From contig NC_087447.1 of the NCBI RefSeq assembly GCF_036321535.1, positions 40,054,001 through 40,118,000 of the forward strand: a stretch of 64,000 nt of DNA, read 5' to 3'. The notes beneath the pieces are model-generated. The model worked only from the letters and a program-made list of their open reading frames with translations. It had not been told where the DNA came from and ran no database searches. This document shows, in pieces, positions 49,524-60,292 of the stretch (position 1 is the stretch's first letter; every line of letters begins with the position of its first letter). The stretch is from Camelus dromedarius. Taxonomy: Eukaryota. A program made the position numbers and the translations under genes.

Positions 49524-49594
49524 GTTCGTTCATTGTTTGTTTGTTTGTTTGTTCATTCGTTCGTTCGTTCGTTCGTTCGTTCATTCATTCATTC
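49524..49594 (+). repeat. (GTTT)n(GTTC)n(ATTC)n compound microsatellite derived from an L2 tail
   Basis: Read directly; followed by antisense L2 3'-end sequence. Confidence 0.85.
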
Positions 49595-50683
49595 GGCAAG
49601 TAAGGACTGGGTGTCTTCTCTGTTCCAGGCCCATGCTAGGCACTAAATCCATAGAAATGATTCCAATTCAAGGCCTACCCTCAAACCAGCCTTTTTATAG
49701 ACTTGAGAACCAACACCTGATACTCCCCGGATAACTAAAGACGCAGCTGAAGTCCTCAGACCCACCCCAGAAACCATGCTGCTGGTTAGCAGTACCCTCT
49801 CTCCTTTGCCTCCTCCAGCATCCCCCACCCTGCTGGGAGGGTCCCCCACCAGATTCCCTGCTCTCACTGCAGACTGGCAACTTCTTGAGGGTGAGGCTGG
49901 GCCCCTCACACTGGTGGTACTCAGTAAAGTCAGCTGGAAGAATTAGATGGACTCTGCACCCACAGGGACCAACACAGAAGCAGAATTCCTGTGACCGGGA
50001 CGGGTGAGATAGGAGAGTAAATGAGGTGACCTATGGAAAGAGCCCGGCCCAGGCCTTCCATAAACGTTGTCTCCTCCCCTTGCCCTTACCTCCTGGGACT
50101 GCAAGATGGTTCAAGAGTCATTTTAGGTTGTCCCAGGGGCTGTGGCCTGCCCAGGTGTGCAGCCCTGGCCCGCTTGCTGAGGTGCCCTTGTCCCAGCCTG
50201 GCCCCAGTGAGAGGGCCTGCAGGTCTACCAGTTGCTGGGAGAATGACTCACTGGCCAGGAGTCAGCGGTGACTCAAAAGGAAGGAGTCAGCTAAACTAGC
50301 ACACTGTCCCAACTCCAGTGTTTCTTTTTTTAGAAACTTTTGTCTAACCCAAGGATTTCCTGGGTCTACCTCTCTTACAGCAAAGTCTGGAGAGGGAGTG
50401 TGAGGCAGGAGGAGGTGGAAGGCAGCAATGGACTTGGAATTAAGCGACAACTCCCTGCTCCTCTCTCAGGATGGAAGAGGGAACCCCTGCTCTGTAACTG
50501 GGGCAGCCCCAGGAAGGTGCCAGGCCTGGGATGCTGAGCAGCTGTGCATGTGGTCACTGCACTATCTGGTGGGAACTGGCTGCCTTGGCACCCACTGCAG
50601 GCCCTGGTCCACTCGCCTGCTCTTCCCTGGGATGTGGGACAACAGCCTGCTTAGAAAAAGGAACAGGGCAGTGTGTATTTGTG

Positions 50684-50687
<4 letters not shown>

Positions 50688-50728
<41 letters not shown>
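50688..50728 (+). repeat. (TG)~20 microsatellite
   Basis: Read directly from the sequence. Confidence 0.97.
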
Positions 50729-50730
<2 letters not shown>

Positions 50731-51157
50731 ATGCGTGTGTGTGCTTGGGTTCCTTCATTGCTTTGCTCGCTACTGCAAAGGTTAAGCTGATGCCCCCAGC
50801 CCAATTCAGTATACTCAGTCAAAATAAAGCCTCTGGGCCTGTTTTCTCATCTGTGTTTCAAGCAGCTTGGAGCTGATGATTGCTAAGGTCCCTTTCAAGT
50901 GCAATTGTAGTGCTAAGGCTCCATGACTCCAGAGTGGGCAGCTGAGGGGGAAGGGAAGGTAGTAAATCCCTTGGAAATTCCTTCCTCCAGTCAGCAGCAG
51001 AAAGAGTCAAGCTTACATTTCTTTCCTTGCCCCTCACATCCAGGAGGCCAGCTCAGAGAGGACATGTGAGGAGTGAGAACAGCTGCCCCTGAGAATTAAT
51101 CAGACAACTCTGCCCACCCCTGCCCGCAGCCCCACCCCCAAGGAGCTCATGACTCAC

Positions 51158-51232
51158 TCGACTGGAATTTTCTCCTCCAGCTTTGGCATCTGCTGGGAGT
51201 TGGAGACTGGAAGCTGTTGGCTCGCTTCAGAG
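51158..51232 (-). CDS. MICAL2: MICAL2 exon, 75 nt, (A)LKRANSFQSPTPSRCQSWRRKFQS
   Basis: Not in the ORF track. Acceptor ttttcttttttccaccacag|CTCTG and donor GTCGA|gtgagt; phase 1 to 1; RANSFQSPTPS matches the recalled human sequence. Confidence 0.9.
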
Positions 51233-51435
51233 CTGTGGTGGAAAAAAGAAAATGGCAGGGGAGTCTCTTAACTGGGTAGAATAAGCAGGGAGTTTTCTGT
51301 GGCCCATTGAGCAAAAGTTAACAGACTAATGGTCATAATTGACTGAGCCCCTTCCTTTCCTCAGACCGCACCTCCCTGTCTTTATAACACACACTTTCAA
51401 CTTTTCATTCATTCATTCATTCAATTTTTATTGAG

Positions 51436-51563
51436 GGTCGATGGGTATAGCTCAGTGGTAGAGTGTGTGCTTAGCATGCACGAGGTCCTGGGTTCAATCC
51501 CCAGTACCACCACTAAAAATCAGTTAATAGCTAAATAAACCTAATTACCTCCCCCCACCAAAA
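51436..51563 (+). mobile_element. tRNA-Ala(AGC)-derived camelid SINE (Vic-1-like), inserted in an L2 tail
   Basis: gggtatagctcagtggtagagtgtgtgcttagcatgcacgaggtcctgggttcaatccccagtacc plus the family tail aaataaacctaattacctcccccc; degenerate TSD tttattgag/tttactgag. Confidence 0.9.
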
Positions 51564-53724
51564 TTTACTGAGACCCTGCTATGAGACAGGTATTGCCTTC
51601 TTTCAGCAAATATCTCAAACAATGAGGCATCATTCTAACTCATCCATCATTCACAAGCATCTGTGCATATATGTCTATACACATATATGTATACATGGAT
51701 ATGCATATATAACATGTTTGCTTTTAGCAGAGCAGTTCTTCAAGGCTGAAGTCTCACATCAATGTCCCACATGTATCGTAGATAAACCAGAGCTGCTCTC
51801 ATTGAAGCCTGGAAGCTGCAGAAAGCTCCACCCTCTCTCCCCATTACCCCAAGAGCCCTGAAAATCCTTTGGGAACCAGTTTTAACTGAACCCCTGGACC
51901 ATCCATTGCCACCACCCTGCCTTTTGGCCTAGTTCTACTGGAAACACATCTACAGGATGTTGTGGGCTGCGTTCTGGAAGACCTTCCACCCAGCTGGGCC
52001 TTGACAATCAGCTGACGGGAACGAACATCATGGGCAGAAGAAATGGGTCTTGGCCGTCTGGGGCATGAGAGGGCCAGTGGGATGCAAAGGTACCCCTTCC
52101 CACACTGGGCCCTCACAGTTGGCCTCAGGCCTTTGTGATGGTGGTTCCATCATGCTGGAGAGAAGGATGGGGCTGAGGCACACCTGAATGGCTCACATAG
52201 GTGGGAACAGGAGGCATGGAAGGAGAGAGGGCCCACAAGGCTGATGTGAGCGTGGGAGAGTGGGGGGGAGGGAAGGTTTGAATGCAGGCCTCTCTGAATC
52301 CGAGGCCCAGCCACACCTCCCCTTGGCTGCCCCATAGGAAATCCTAGAGTCCCCACCCTTCCAGCGCTCAGAGCTGGGCGTCAGCTCCTACCAGCCAGGC
52401 TATGGAGTGCAGGTATCAACCACTACTCGAAGGCTTCCCTTCTTTAGGACAAGATCTCTAAATTCCTTAGGTCCTTGGCTCCCCTCCCTACCTCACACAT
52501 TTGGAGAACTTTGAGCCTGCTCCTGCTGGTGGGTTCCTCATCCCACAGGCCTGCTTTCATAGTCCCATGGGTTTGAGGGGGAGCCTGGATGGATGGGTCA
52601 GGGTGCCGTCTCCCCATCTCCCCATAACAGGACCCACAGTCTACCTATGATGTAGGTCCACTTCCCCCTGTCAAGTGCGGGTCAGGGGCTTTCCAGGCCG
52701 GATGGATGTTTTACATGAGGAGCAAGCAGACCCCACGCACAGCACCATCCTGCTGATTCAGGTCAACCTCTTAATCACCCAACAGAGACATTTCTCAAGA
52801 AACATAGATGAGCGCTCAAAGCTCTTACTGCTTCTCCTAGGCTCTTAACTTTGTGGAAGGGGACTTAGCAGAAATGGTTAGAATTCGTGAGAGGTTTTCC
52901 ATCACTGGTATTTATAGGGCACACACGCTCACCGTTTTACCACAATTGGAACAACAGGGTGGGCAGTAATGATTTGATCCAGTAATTTTGAGCAGAGTAA
53001 AGCAGGGCTGTTCCCTTCTTTTTAGTTTATATTATATTTATTAATTTGTTTATATTTATTTTAAGGGAGTACTTTTGGAGACCTTAGCACATGACCCGCT
53101 GCAAAAGGAGTAAGAGGGTAACTACTGCGCCGTGTGGTGCTGACGATATTTTATTATCACAGACTAACAATACATAGGCCGTTGGACCATCCTGTCATCA
53201 AATTATTGCCAGAAAAAAATGCATAAGTACCAGTTTTTCTAAATCAGAATAATTTGGGGGCAGATTTCCTTCCTAACTGTAACTGGTTTATGTCCAAGAA
53301 CCCAGGGCACTAGATCAACTCATTCAGTTGCTCAGGTGTGCATTTTACAACTCACTCACCCAGCAGGCCCCTCGGAAGCTGCTCTTCTGTGATCCTCAAA
53401 GTGCAGGGCGTGGCCCTCCCGCATGGAAGCACCAGGGGTGCCGACCTAAATGCAGGTACTTGCCCCACCCGAGACCCATGGCACCTGAGTCTCTGAATAA
53501 GGGAACCCAAGAATCTGCCTCTTAAATAGGATCTTTAAGAACCATTGAACTAGGTGCTTTACGGGAGCACTACTGAGCACTTTCTATAGCTTCCATAACA
53601 AGGGCTCGTGTTCTATTCCACACCATCATCTCGTACACCTTGGGCATCCCAGCATGCTCTATGCTAAAGAACGCTGAGGAGGTGATAGGTTCCTCGATGA
53701 GCTGAGGTGGTCCCAGAATCTTTT

Positions 53725-54215
53725 CACAGATGGTAAAGTGTATATAACATACGAGTGATCATTTAAGCCATTTCTAAGTGTACAGTTCAGTGGCATTAAG
53801 TACATTCTCATTATTGTGCAACCATCACGACCATCCTTCTCCAGAACTTCTTCATCCCAACTGAAACTCTGTCCCCATCAAATAATAATCCCCATCTACG
53901 CTCTTCCCCCAGCCCCTGGTGGCCGCCTTTCTATACCTTCTGTGCCTATGACTTTGACTATCCTGGGTATCTCATAGAAGTGGAAATATAGATCACTTAT
54001 CCTTTTGTGTCTGGCTTAGTTCACTTAACATGATAACTTCAAGGTTCATCCATGTTGAAGCCTATGCCACAATTTCATTCCTTTTTGAGGCTGAATAACA
54101 TTCCATCGGGTGGATATAGCAAAATTTGTTTATCCATTCACCTGCTGATGGACATTTGGGTCCTTTCCCCTTTTCGGTAGTTGTGAATGCTGCTGCTGGG
54201 AGCATGGCGTACAAA
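53725..54215 (-). mobile_element. L1MB-like 3' end
   Basis: aagtgtacagttcagtggcattaagtacattc...ccaactgaaactctgtcccc; ORF 54062-54328 PKCPSAGEWINKFCYIHPMECYSASKRNEI is the L1 ORF2 C-terminus. Confidence 0.9.
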
Positions 54216-55042
54216 CCAGGAGTCTTTTTAAAGCAATATCCTGATCTTTTTCGGCATCCCCTCAGCTCACTGCTGAGCCATTTATCCAGGTGAAAATCAT
54301 GATTGATGAAGCGCCGTAACATCCACAATATGCTGCCAACCCTATACTACCTGGTAAAGTGAGGGACTCACCATCACCAGCAACACAAAGCATGGTGCTT
54401 ACACGGTGCCGGAGACTTCAACCCTGCAGTGTGGTCTGCTTGGCCATGATGGAAACCAGGATGGACAAAGACAAAATACACAGAAGATGGCTTGAGAGTC
54501 GTGAGCTCTATTCACTTCTCTGCCTACTTTGTGTCTCATTCTGGAATTAAACTGGACTGTCAAACAAAATGCTTTGGCCACACTGCCTTGATCTCTACAC
54601 CCAACCCCGTCCTCCTGGGAGAAGTGCTCTAGCTGAGTCAGGTTTTGCTGTGGTCCCCTCACCTGCCAGCAAAGGATGCGCCTGAAACAGCCTTGGGGAA
54701 ACTATGGCTGCATTTTCTGCAGAGCCATTGTTCAAGATATGATGGAATATCTCTCTCAACAGCATCGAGTTGACCTGAGCTAGAAAAGTTCCATAGGGTG
54801 AAGAATTAGGAAAAGTGGAACCTACTCTGAGACCTCCTGCACACCAATATATCTTTTCCATGTGAACAATGAGGAATAATTGTCTATTTCCATTTGAATT
54901 CTGGCCGCCAAAAAACTCAGAATGAAATTTATGATTCCATTAGAGCAGCTGTTTAGGATCATGGTCTCTGAGGTCTCTATCTCCTAACATTGGTTTTATC
55001 ATTCCTACAGATAGACACACAATTTTGTGTCATGTCTTTCTT

Positions 55043-55071
55043 TTTTTGTTTGTTTTTTAAATTTTTTGTTG

Positions 55072-55139
<68 letters not shown>

Positions 55140-55209
55140 TATTTTAGATTCCACATGTAAATGATAACATATGGCATTTTTCTCTTTCCAGCCCACTTCA
55201 ATAAGAATG
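55043..55209 (-). mobile_element. Short L1 insertion (end of ORF2 only) with a (TAA)n tail and perfect 17-bp TSD
   Basis: tgtgtcatgtctttctt at 55026-55042 and 55210-55226; (TTA)n at ~55075-55137. Confidence 0.9.
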
Positions 55210-55809
55210 TGTGTCATGTCTTTCTTGTAAGTTGCCTAAAATCCACTGGCAATTGAGGAGAGAGGAGAAATGGATGGAAGGGATGAAAGGCAGGTGGGCT
55301 TCCTATCTGTAAATGAGGGGACTGGAGCCCAGGGAGACGGACAGGCCTGCATGGGCCCAGCAGTACCCAAACAAGTGCTCAGACTCTGTCCACGGTGTGT
55401 GCTAATGTTCTCTAGACGGAACCACAGATGCTACGTAGCAAATGTGTTTTGATGACAATTTATCTGTTTTAAAAACAGCTCATGTGGGAGGTAAATCCAG
55501 AGTTTCCAGGATTCTGGCCCCAGCCCTTGTCTTCTTGTGAAACCATCAATTGTGAGAACATCTCCAGATTCAGGCGGAAGTTCTGCTGTTGGCCACCAGA
55601 GGGAAGCACAGGACAAGTGGAGCTCTGGCTCTCATGGGGCAGCTAAGGCCATTGGTCCTGACAGTGGTGAATTTATGCAGCCTGTTTCTTCTAACCCGGA
55701 GGTCACTAGTTGCTCTTGACTAAATAAAAAAACACTCAATTCAAGGCCGCTTTTATTAAAAACAAGCTGGGATACCAAAGACAACGACTTCCTGGTGTGT
55801 GGAGCTCCC

Positions 55810-55990
55810 AGCACTGGGCCACACCACTTACTAAGCTGTGAGCCCTTGGGAAAACACTCTGCCCATGTGCACCCCTGTAAAATGGGCTTCATGCTACTTA
55901 CCTCCCGGGGTCATGTGAGGATGAAACGGGGCCATGTACGTTGAAAGTCCTGGCCAACACAGGCCTTCAGTGAAAGAACAGTTACTATAG
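55810..55990 (+). mobile_element. MIR SINE
   Basis: accacttactaagctgtgagcccttggg...ctgtaaaatggg...tgtgaggatgaaa. Confidence 0.8.
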
Positions 55991-56011
55991 TACACAAGCC
56001 CCAAGCACCTG

Positions 56012-56043
56012 TGCTGCCCCCTGGTGGCCCCAGGGAAACTGCT
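56012..56043 (-). promoter_or_regulatory. Strong candidate CTCF site with an upstream-module-like extension
   Basis: Minus strand agcagtttccctggGGCCACCAGGGGGCAGCA: near-perfect core plus a GCAGT(T)TCCC upstream motif. Confidence 0.65.
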
Positions 56044-56460
56044 GTCCAGGCCTGCATGTGGTCCAACAGCCACTGAGTCCACCCCCCTTCCCTCCTGGGC
56101 TATGGAATGCCAGAGGGGCCCCTCAGGAGGTAGTCACAGAGGAGACTGCTCCAGGCAAGAGGGTCTGGGGGCCCCCTTATCGCTGCCTGTGACACACAAC
56201 AGCCAGCCAGGCCCCTCTGCCACCTTCCCACTTGAGATTCCAAAGCTTCTCATGCAGAGGGAGGCTGGGCCTGGGTCCAGGTCCCTCATCCCCACTTACA
56301 CTCCAGCCCCCAAAGTTCTCAACTCCACTGCCTCTGAGCCTGAGGGCCAGACCTACTGTGACCTGGTCCTTCAGGAGGAAAAACTGGCCCTGAGGGTCTC
56401 TGAGCACCTCTATCCCACTACCCCCCCCCCATCTCTCACCCAGGCAGGCTCTCTGCTCAC

Positions 56461-56642
56461 CATGCACAGCTTCGGGCTCCCTGGGGCCCTGCAGAGAGCT
56501 TGTTCTGGTCAGGGCCTCCTTCAGGGAGCTGTGCTGGGTGAGGGGCTTGGGCAGGTGTGGGGATTCCAGCTGCTGGGGTCTCTCGTCACAGGGCTCCACA
56601 CTGGAGAACTCACTGCCACCAGGATCCAACTCTGCATCGGAG
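56461..56642 (-). CDS. MICAL2: MICAL2 exon, 182 nt, (S)[31 protein letters not shown]...EPEAVH
   Basis: Acceptor ctccttcctccttccag|CTCCG and donor GCATG|gtgagc; phase 2 in, phase 1 out, consistent with both neighbours. Confidence 0.9.
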
Positions 56643-56774
56643 CTGGAAGGAGGAAGGAGAGAGCAGGTGAGCAGGGAGGCCTGTAGTCACCCGACCTCAC
56701 ACTGTGCCCTGCCCATCGCTGCTGGGGCAAGGGCCCTGGGTTAGCTGCCTCCACACCTGGCACCCTGCCTGGGC

Positions 56775-57570
56775 TGTTATAGGCTGAACTGCGTCCCCTC
56801 AAATTCACATGAAGTCTGAACCCCTAGCACCTCAGAATGTGACTGCTTTTAGAGACAGTGATTTTTTTTAAGGTTTTTTTTTTTATTCTTATTTTTTACT
56901 GAAGTGTGGTCTATTTACAATGTTAGTTTCAGGTGTACAACAAAGTGATTCAGTTATACATATACATACTTTTTTTTCAGATACTTTTCCATTACAGCTC
57001 ATCACAAGAAACTGAATATAGCCCCCTGTGCTATACAGTAGGTCCTTGTTTATTTTATATAGTCATGTGCATCTGTTAATCCCAAATTCCTAATCTATCC
57101 CTCCCCACCCCCAATCCCCCACCCGCCGTAACCAGTTTGTTTTCTATGTCCGTGAGTCTATCTCTGATTTGTACATACAGTCTGTGTCTTTTCTTTTAAG
57201 ACTCCACATGTAAGCGACTTCTTATGATCTTTGTCTTTCTCTGTAGAGACAAGGTCTTTAAAGAGGTAATTAAGTCAAAATGAGGTCATTGGGGTGGGCC
57301 CTCATCCAGTATGACTGGTGTCCTTACAACTTTCCTAAGGAAATTTAGACTCAGGCACACATAGAAGGGAAATGCCACGTGCACGTGAAGATGGCCATCG
57401 ACAAGCCAAGGAATGGGGTTTGGAACAGACCCTCCCCTCACAGCCCCCAGAAGGAGCCAACCTTGCTGACACTTTGGGCCTGGAACTTCCACAACTATGA
57501 GAAAATCCATCTCCGCTGTTTTCGCAGCCCAATCTGTGGTTCTCACGGCAGCCCTGGCACGTGAATGCAG
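56775..57570 (+). mobile_element. MaLR LTR (MLT1B-like) split by an antisense young L1 3' fragment (~56860-57243)
   Basis: tgttataggctgaactgcgtcccc...cctcagaatgtgactg|L1|ggtctttaaagaggtaattaag...ccagtatgactggtgtcctta; tagagaca is repeated on both sides of the L1. Confidence 0.88.
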
Positions 57571-57938
57571 GCGAGCCCAGATCAGAGCAGGTGAAAGCAG
57601 CCCCACAAGTGTGCAGTGAAGTACTCACAGAAGGCTGGTCCTCAACTGCACCCATCCCCGAGCAGGACTCCTAAGTTCTCTAGGGCAATAATGAGCTCGT
57701 CATGATGATGCTGGGTCTAAAACTTTAGGCATTTAAATACTGCTTGCCTCCCTTGGGAACAGAAGAGGGCAAGGAAAAGACTCCTAGGATGGGGGGATGT
57801 TTAACCTGGGTCTGAAACAACCATCAGGAATTCAAGTGGTAGGGAAGTGGAAGCAGATGTCCTGGGCAGTGGGGACAGGACAAGCACAGTCCTGGGGTGG
57901 GAAAGCACAAAACCTGTAGCTTGGTGCCACGTTCACGA

Positions 57939-57981
57939 ATATATATATATATTCTGTGTGTGTGTGTGTGTGTGTGTGTGT
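57939..57981 (+). repeat. (AT)n / (TG)n microsatellite
   Basis: Read directly from the sequence. Confidence 0.95.
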
Positions 57982-58572
57982 CTCCAGCATGCTTCTTTCT
58001 GTTAGGGCACTGCTCCTGGTCCATCTGTGAGCTTCGGTGGACCGTCTGTCTAGCTGGCAAACTGCCCAAGCCTGCCAGTCACAAGAACACAAGTCCTGTT
58101 CACCGACTGGCCCTAAGGGTGGGCTTGCAATGAACCAGTTGGAGGCCTACCTTACCTTGCTATGTGGACATGAATTTATGGATGTAGGCTGAGACCCTCA
58201 GCAGCTGAGAGTCCCACACATGGGCCCCTCTGTGGACGGCTGTAAATCTGACATGCAGCGGGGCAGCAAGGGAGAGCAGCTGTTCAAGTCTCTGGCTCCA
58301 ACCTTGCCGAAGTGAGGACCACCCGTGGACTTGCCAGTCAGGTGAACCAGAGTGTTTGCCTTTGTTGCCTCAACTGGTTTGAGTTGTTCTATACCCTTGA
58401 CGTATTAATTCTTTGATCCTTATAGCTCCCTTGGGATGGTCCCATTTTACAGATGAGGGCATGGAGGCACAGAGAGGTCACATTGTAAGTGAGTGGAGAG
58501 AAGACTGGCCCCCAAATGCCGTCAGCCTTGCCCCACCCTTCTGGCCCCACTCCTACAGCAGCAGCAGCCTAC

Positions 58573-58753
58573 CTGCTGTCGTCACTGGTGACCAGGACAC
58601 GCACAGCCAGCACGTCCTGCCCAACCACGTCCTCCCTGGGGCTGATCCTCACTGAGGTCCACTCTGAGGGCAGGGGAGAGGCGGCTCCACCTGCCACATC
58701 CCCAGGCTCAGGCTCCGGGACACTCTTGGGCTTCTTGGGGGAAGTCGGCTCAT
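58573..58753 (-). CDS. MICAL2: MICAL2 exon, 181 nt, (D)[59 protein letters not shown](S)
   Basis: Acceptor ttttctctccacag|ATGAG and donor AGCAG|gtaggc; phase 1 in, phase 2 out; [14 protein letters not shown] and [12 protein letters not shown] match the recalled human long isoform. Confidence 0.92.
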
Positions 58754-58989
58754 CTGTGGAGAGAAAAGGGCCTAGGGAGACGGTGGGAATGAACAGCCTC
58801 ACAGGGTGCCTGCCTCTCCTCCTCCAGAGGCCTGGGTGAACGCTCCAAGATGGACCTCATCCTCGATGCCATTGTGGGAGCCCCACCACTTAGCCCGCCA
58901 GATACCCCTGCATTGAGAGCCCACGTCTTGTGTGCAGGGCACCAATGCACACATCGTCCTGTTCAATGGCAAAGGAGGGTCTGTGATGC

Positions 58990-60292
58990 TCAGAAGGTCC
59001 ACCCACCTCTTCACTCTGTTGTCAAAATCACAACGTCCATCAAGTTGCTAAACCCAGTGGTAAATTCTTGGTTCTCAATTTACTTGACAACCAGCAGCCT
59101 CTGACCCAGCCGATCACGCTCTTCTTCTAGAAATAGCTCTTCCCTCAGCTTTCAGAACAGCACAGGCTGGCCCCCTCCTCCCCACTGGCCATCTCCTTCT
59201 CCCTTTGTTTCTTTCACGGGTCCCCCCTTTCCCATCCTGGTCTCTTAGTGCTGGAAAGTCCCAGGACTCAGTCTTTGAACCTCTTCTCTTCTATACTCAT
59301 GTCCTTGATGGTTTCATCTGGTCACATGGCTTTAAATAACTCTAGACAACAATGCCTACAGACATTTCTCTCCCCAGTCTGGCGGTTTCTCTGCATCTAG
59401 ATGCACACACACCACTGCTTACTTGGCATCTCCATGTGGATGTCCAGTAGACACACCAAACTTATGCCCAGATGGAAGGTACCATCTCCACCTCTCCCCA
59501 AGCCTGCCTTCCCCACAGTCCTCCCATCTCGATAAATGGCAACTTGGCCTTTCGTTTGCTCAACTCAACACTGTAGTGGCATCCTTGACTTCTTTCGTTC
59601 TTCCACTCTTCACTCAAGCTATCGGCAAATCCTCTTGGCTCTACCTTCAAAGTATGTCAGGAATCCAGGCACCTGTCACCACCTCCTCTGCTGCCACCCT
59701 GGCCCCAGCCACCATCATCTCTTGTCCAGATTGTAGAAATGACCTTTACTGGACTCCCTGCTTTCCCTCTCGACACACCCCACCCCTCAGTCTATTCTCA
59801 ACACAGCTGCCAAGTGACTGCTAAAATGTAAGTCAGATCATGCTTTCACAATCCTCCAGGACCCCTGTGACCTTGCCTCCCTGTGCTGCCGCAGCTCTCT
59901 GCTCCAACCATGTGGCCACCTTGCTGTCCCCAGGCCCTCAGCATGTCCTTGTCTCAGCCCCTGGCTCAGAGACGCTATCTCCAGAGAGCAGGGCTCACTC
60001 CCTCCCCGCCTTCAAGCCAAATGTCACCTTATCAAGGAGGCAACCCATCATCCTCCTCAAAATGCAATCTGCACCCTCAGTGCTCTCCGTTCCTCTTTAT
60101 TTTTATTCATAGCATATCCCACCTTCTAACAAATGACACAATTTCCCCATTTATTTTGTTTAGTGTCTCTCTCCCATGACTAGAAGATAAGCAGTGATTT
60201 CTGCCTACTTCGTTTCTTGCTAGAATTGTATTGGGTGAAGAGTAGATGTTCACTAAATGCCTGTTGAATAAATCAATGAATAAATAAATGAG
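58990..60292 (+). mobile_element. L2 LINE 3' portion
   Basis: ttggcatctccatgtggatgtc...ggctctaccttcaaagtatgtcaggaatcc...cagccaccatcatctcttg...ending tgttgaataaatcaatgaataaataaatga. Confidence 0.85.

Larger units (their letters stand above)
1960..58753 (-). other. MICAL2: MICAL2 long isoform / MICALCL gene body, partial (9 coding exons in window; both ends outside)
   Basis: Nine exons with GT-AG boundaries and matching phases join into one open frame resembling the recalled human MICAL2-CL/MICALCL C-terminal half (DEPTSPK..., [73 protein letters not shown]). Confidence 0.96.

Noticed and set aside
51441..51512. Functional tRNA-Ala gene
   Set aside because: The first three acceptor-stem pairs are broken, and it has the SINE tail and TSD shared with three other copies in the window.
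53908..53924. CTCF-like cccagcccctggtggcc
   Set aside because: Imperfect match lying within an ordinary L1MB 3'UTR motif.
56024..56686. 220-aa plus-strand ORF
   Set aside because: Antisense shadow of a GC-rich exon region with a GTG start and no recognisable domain.
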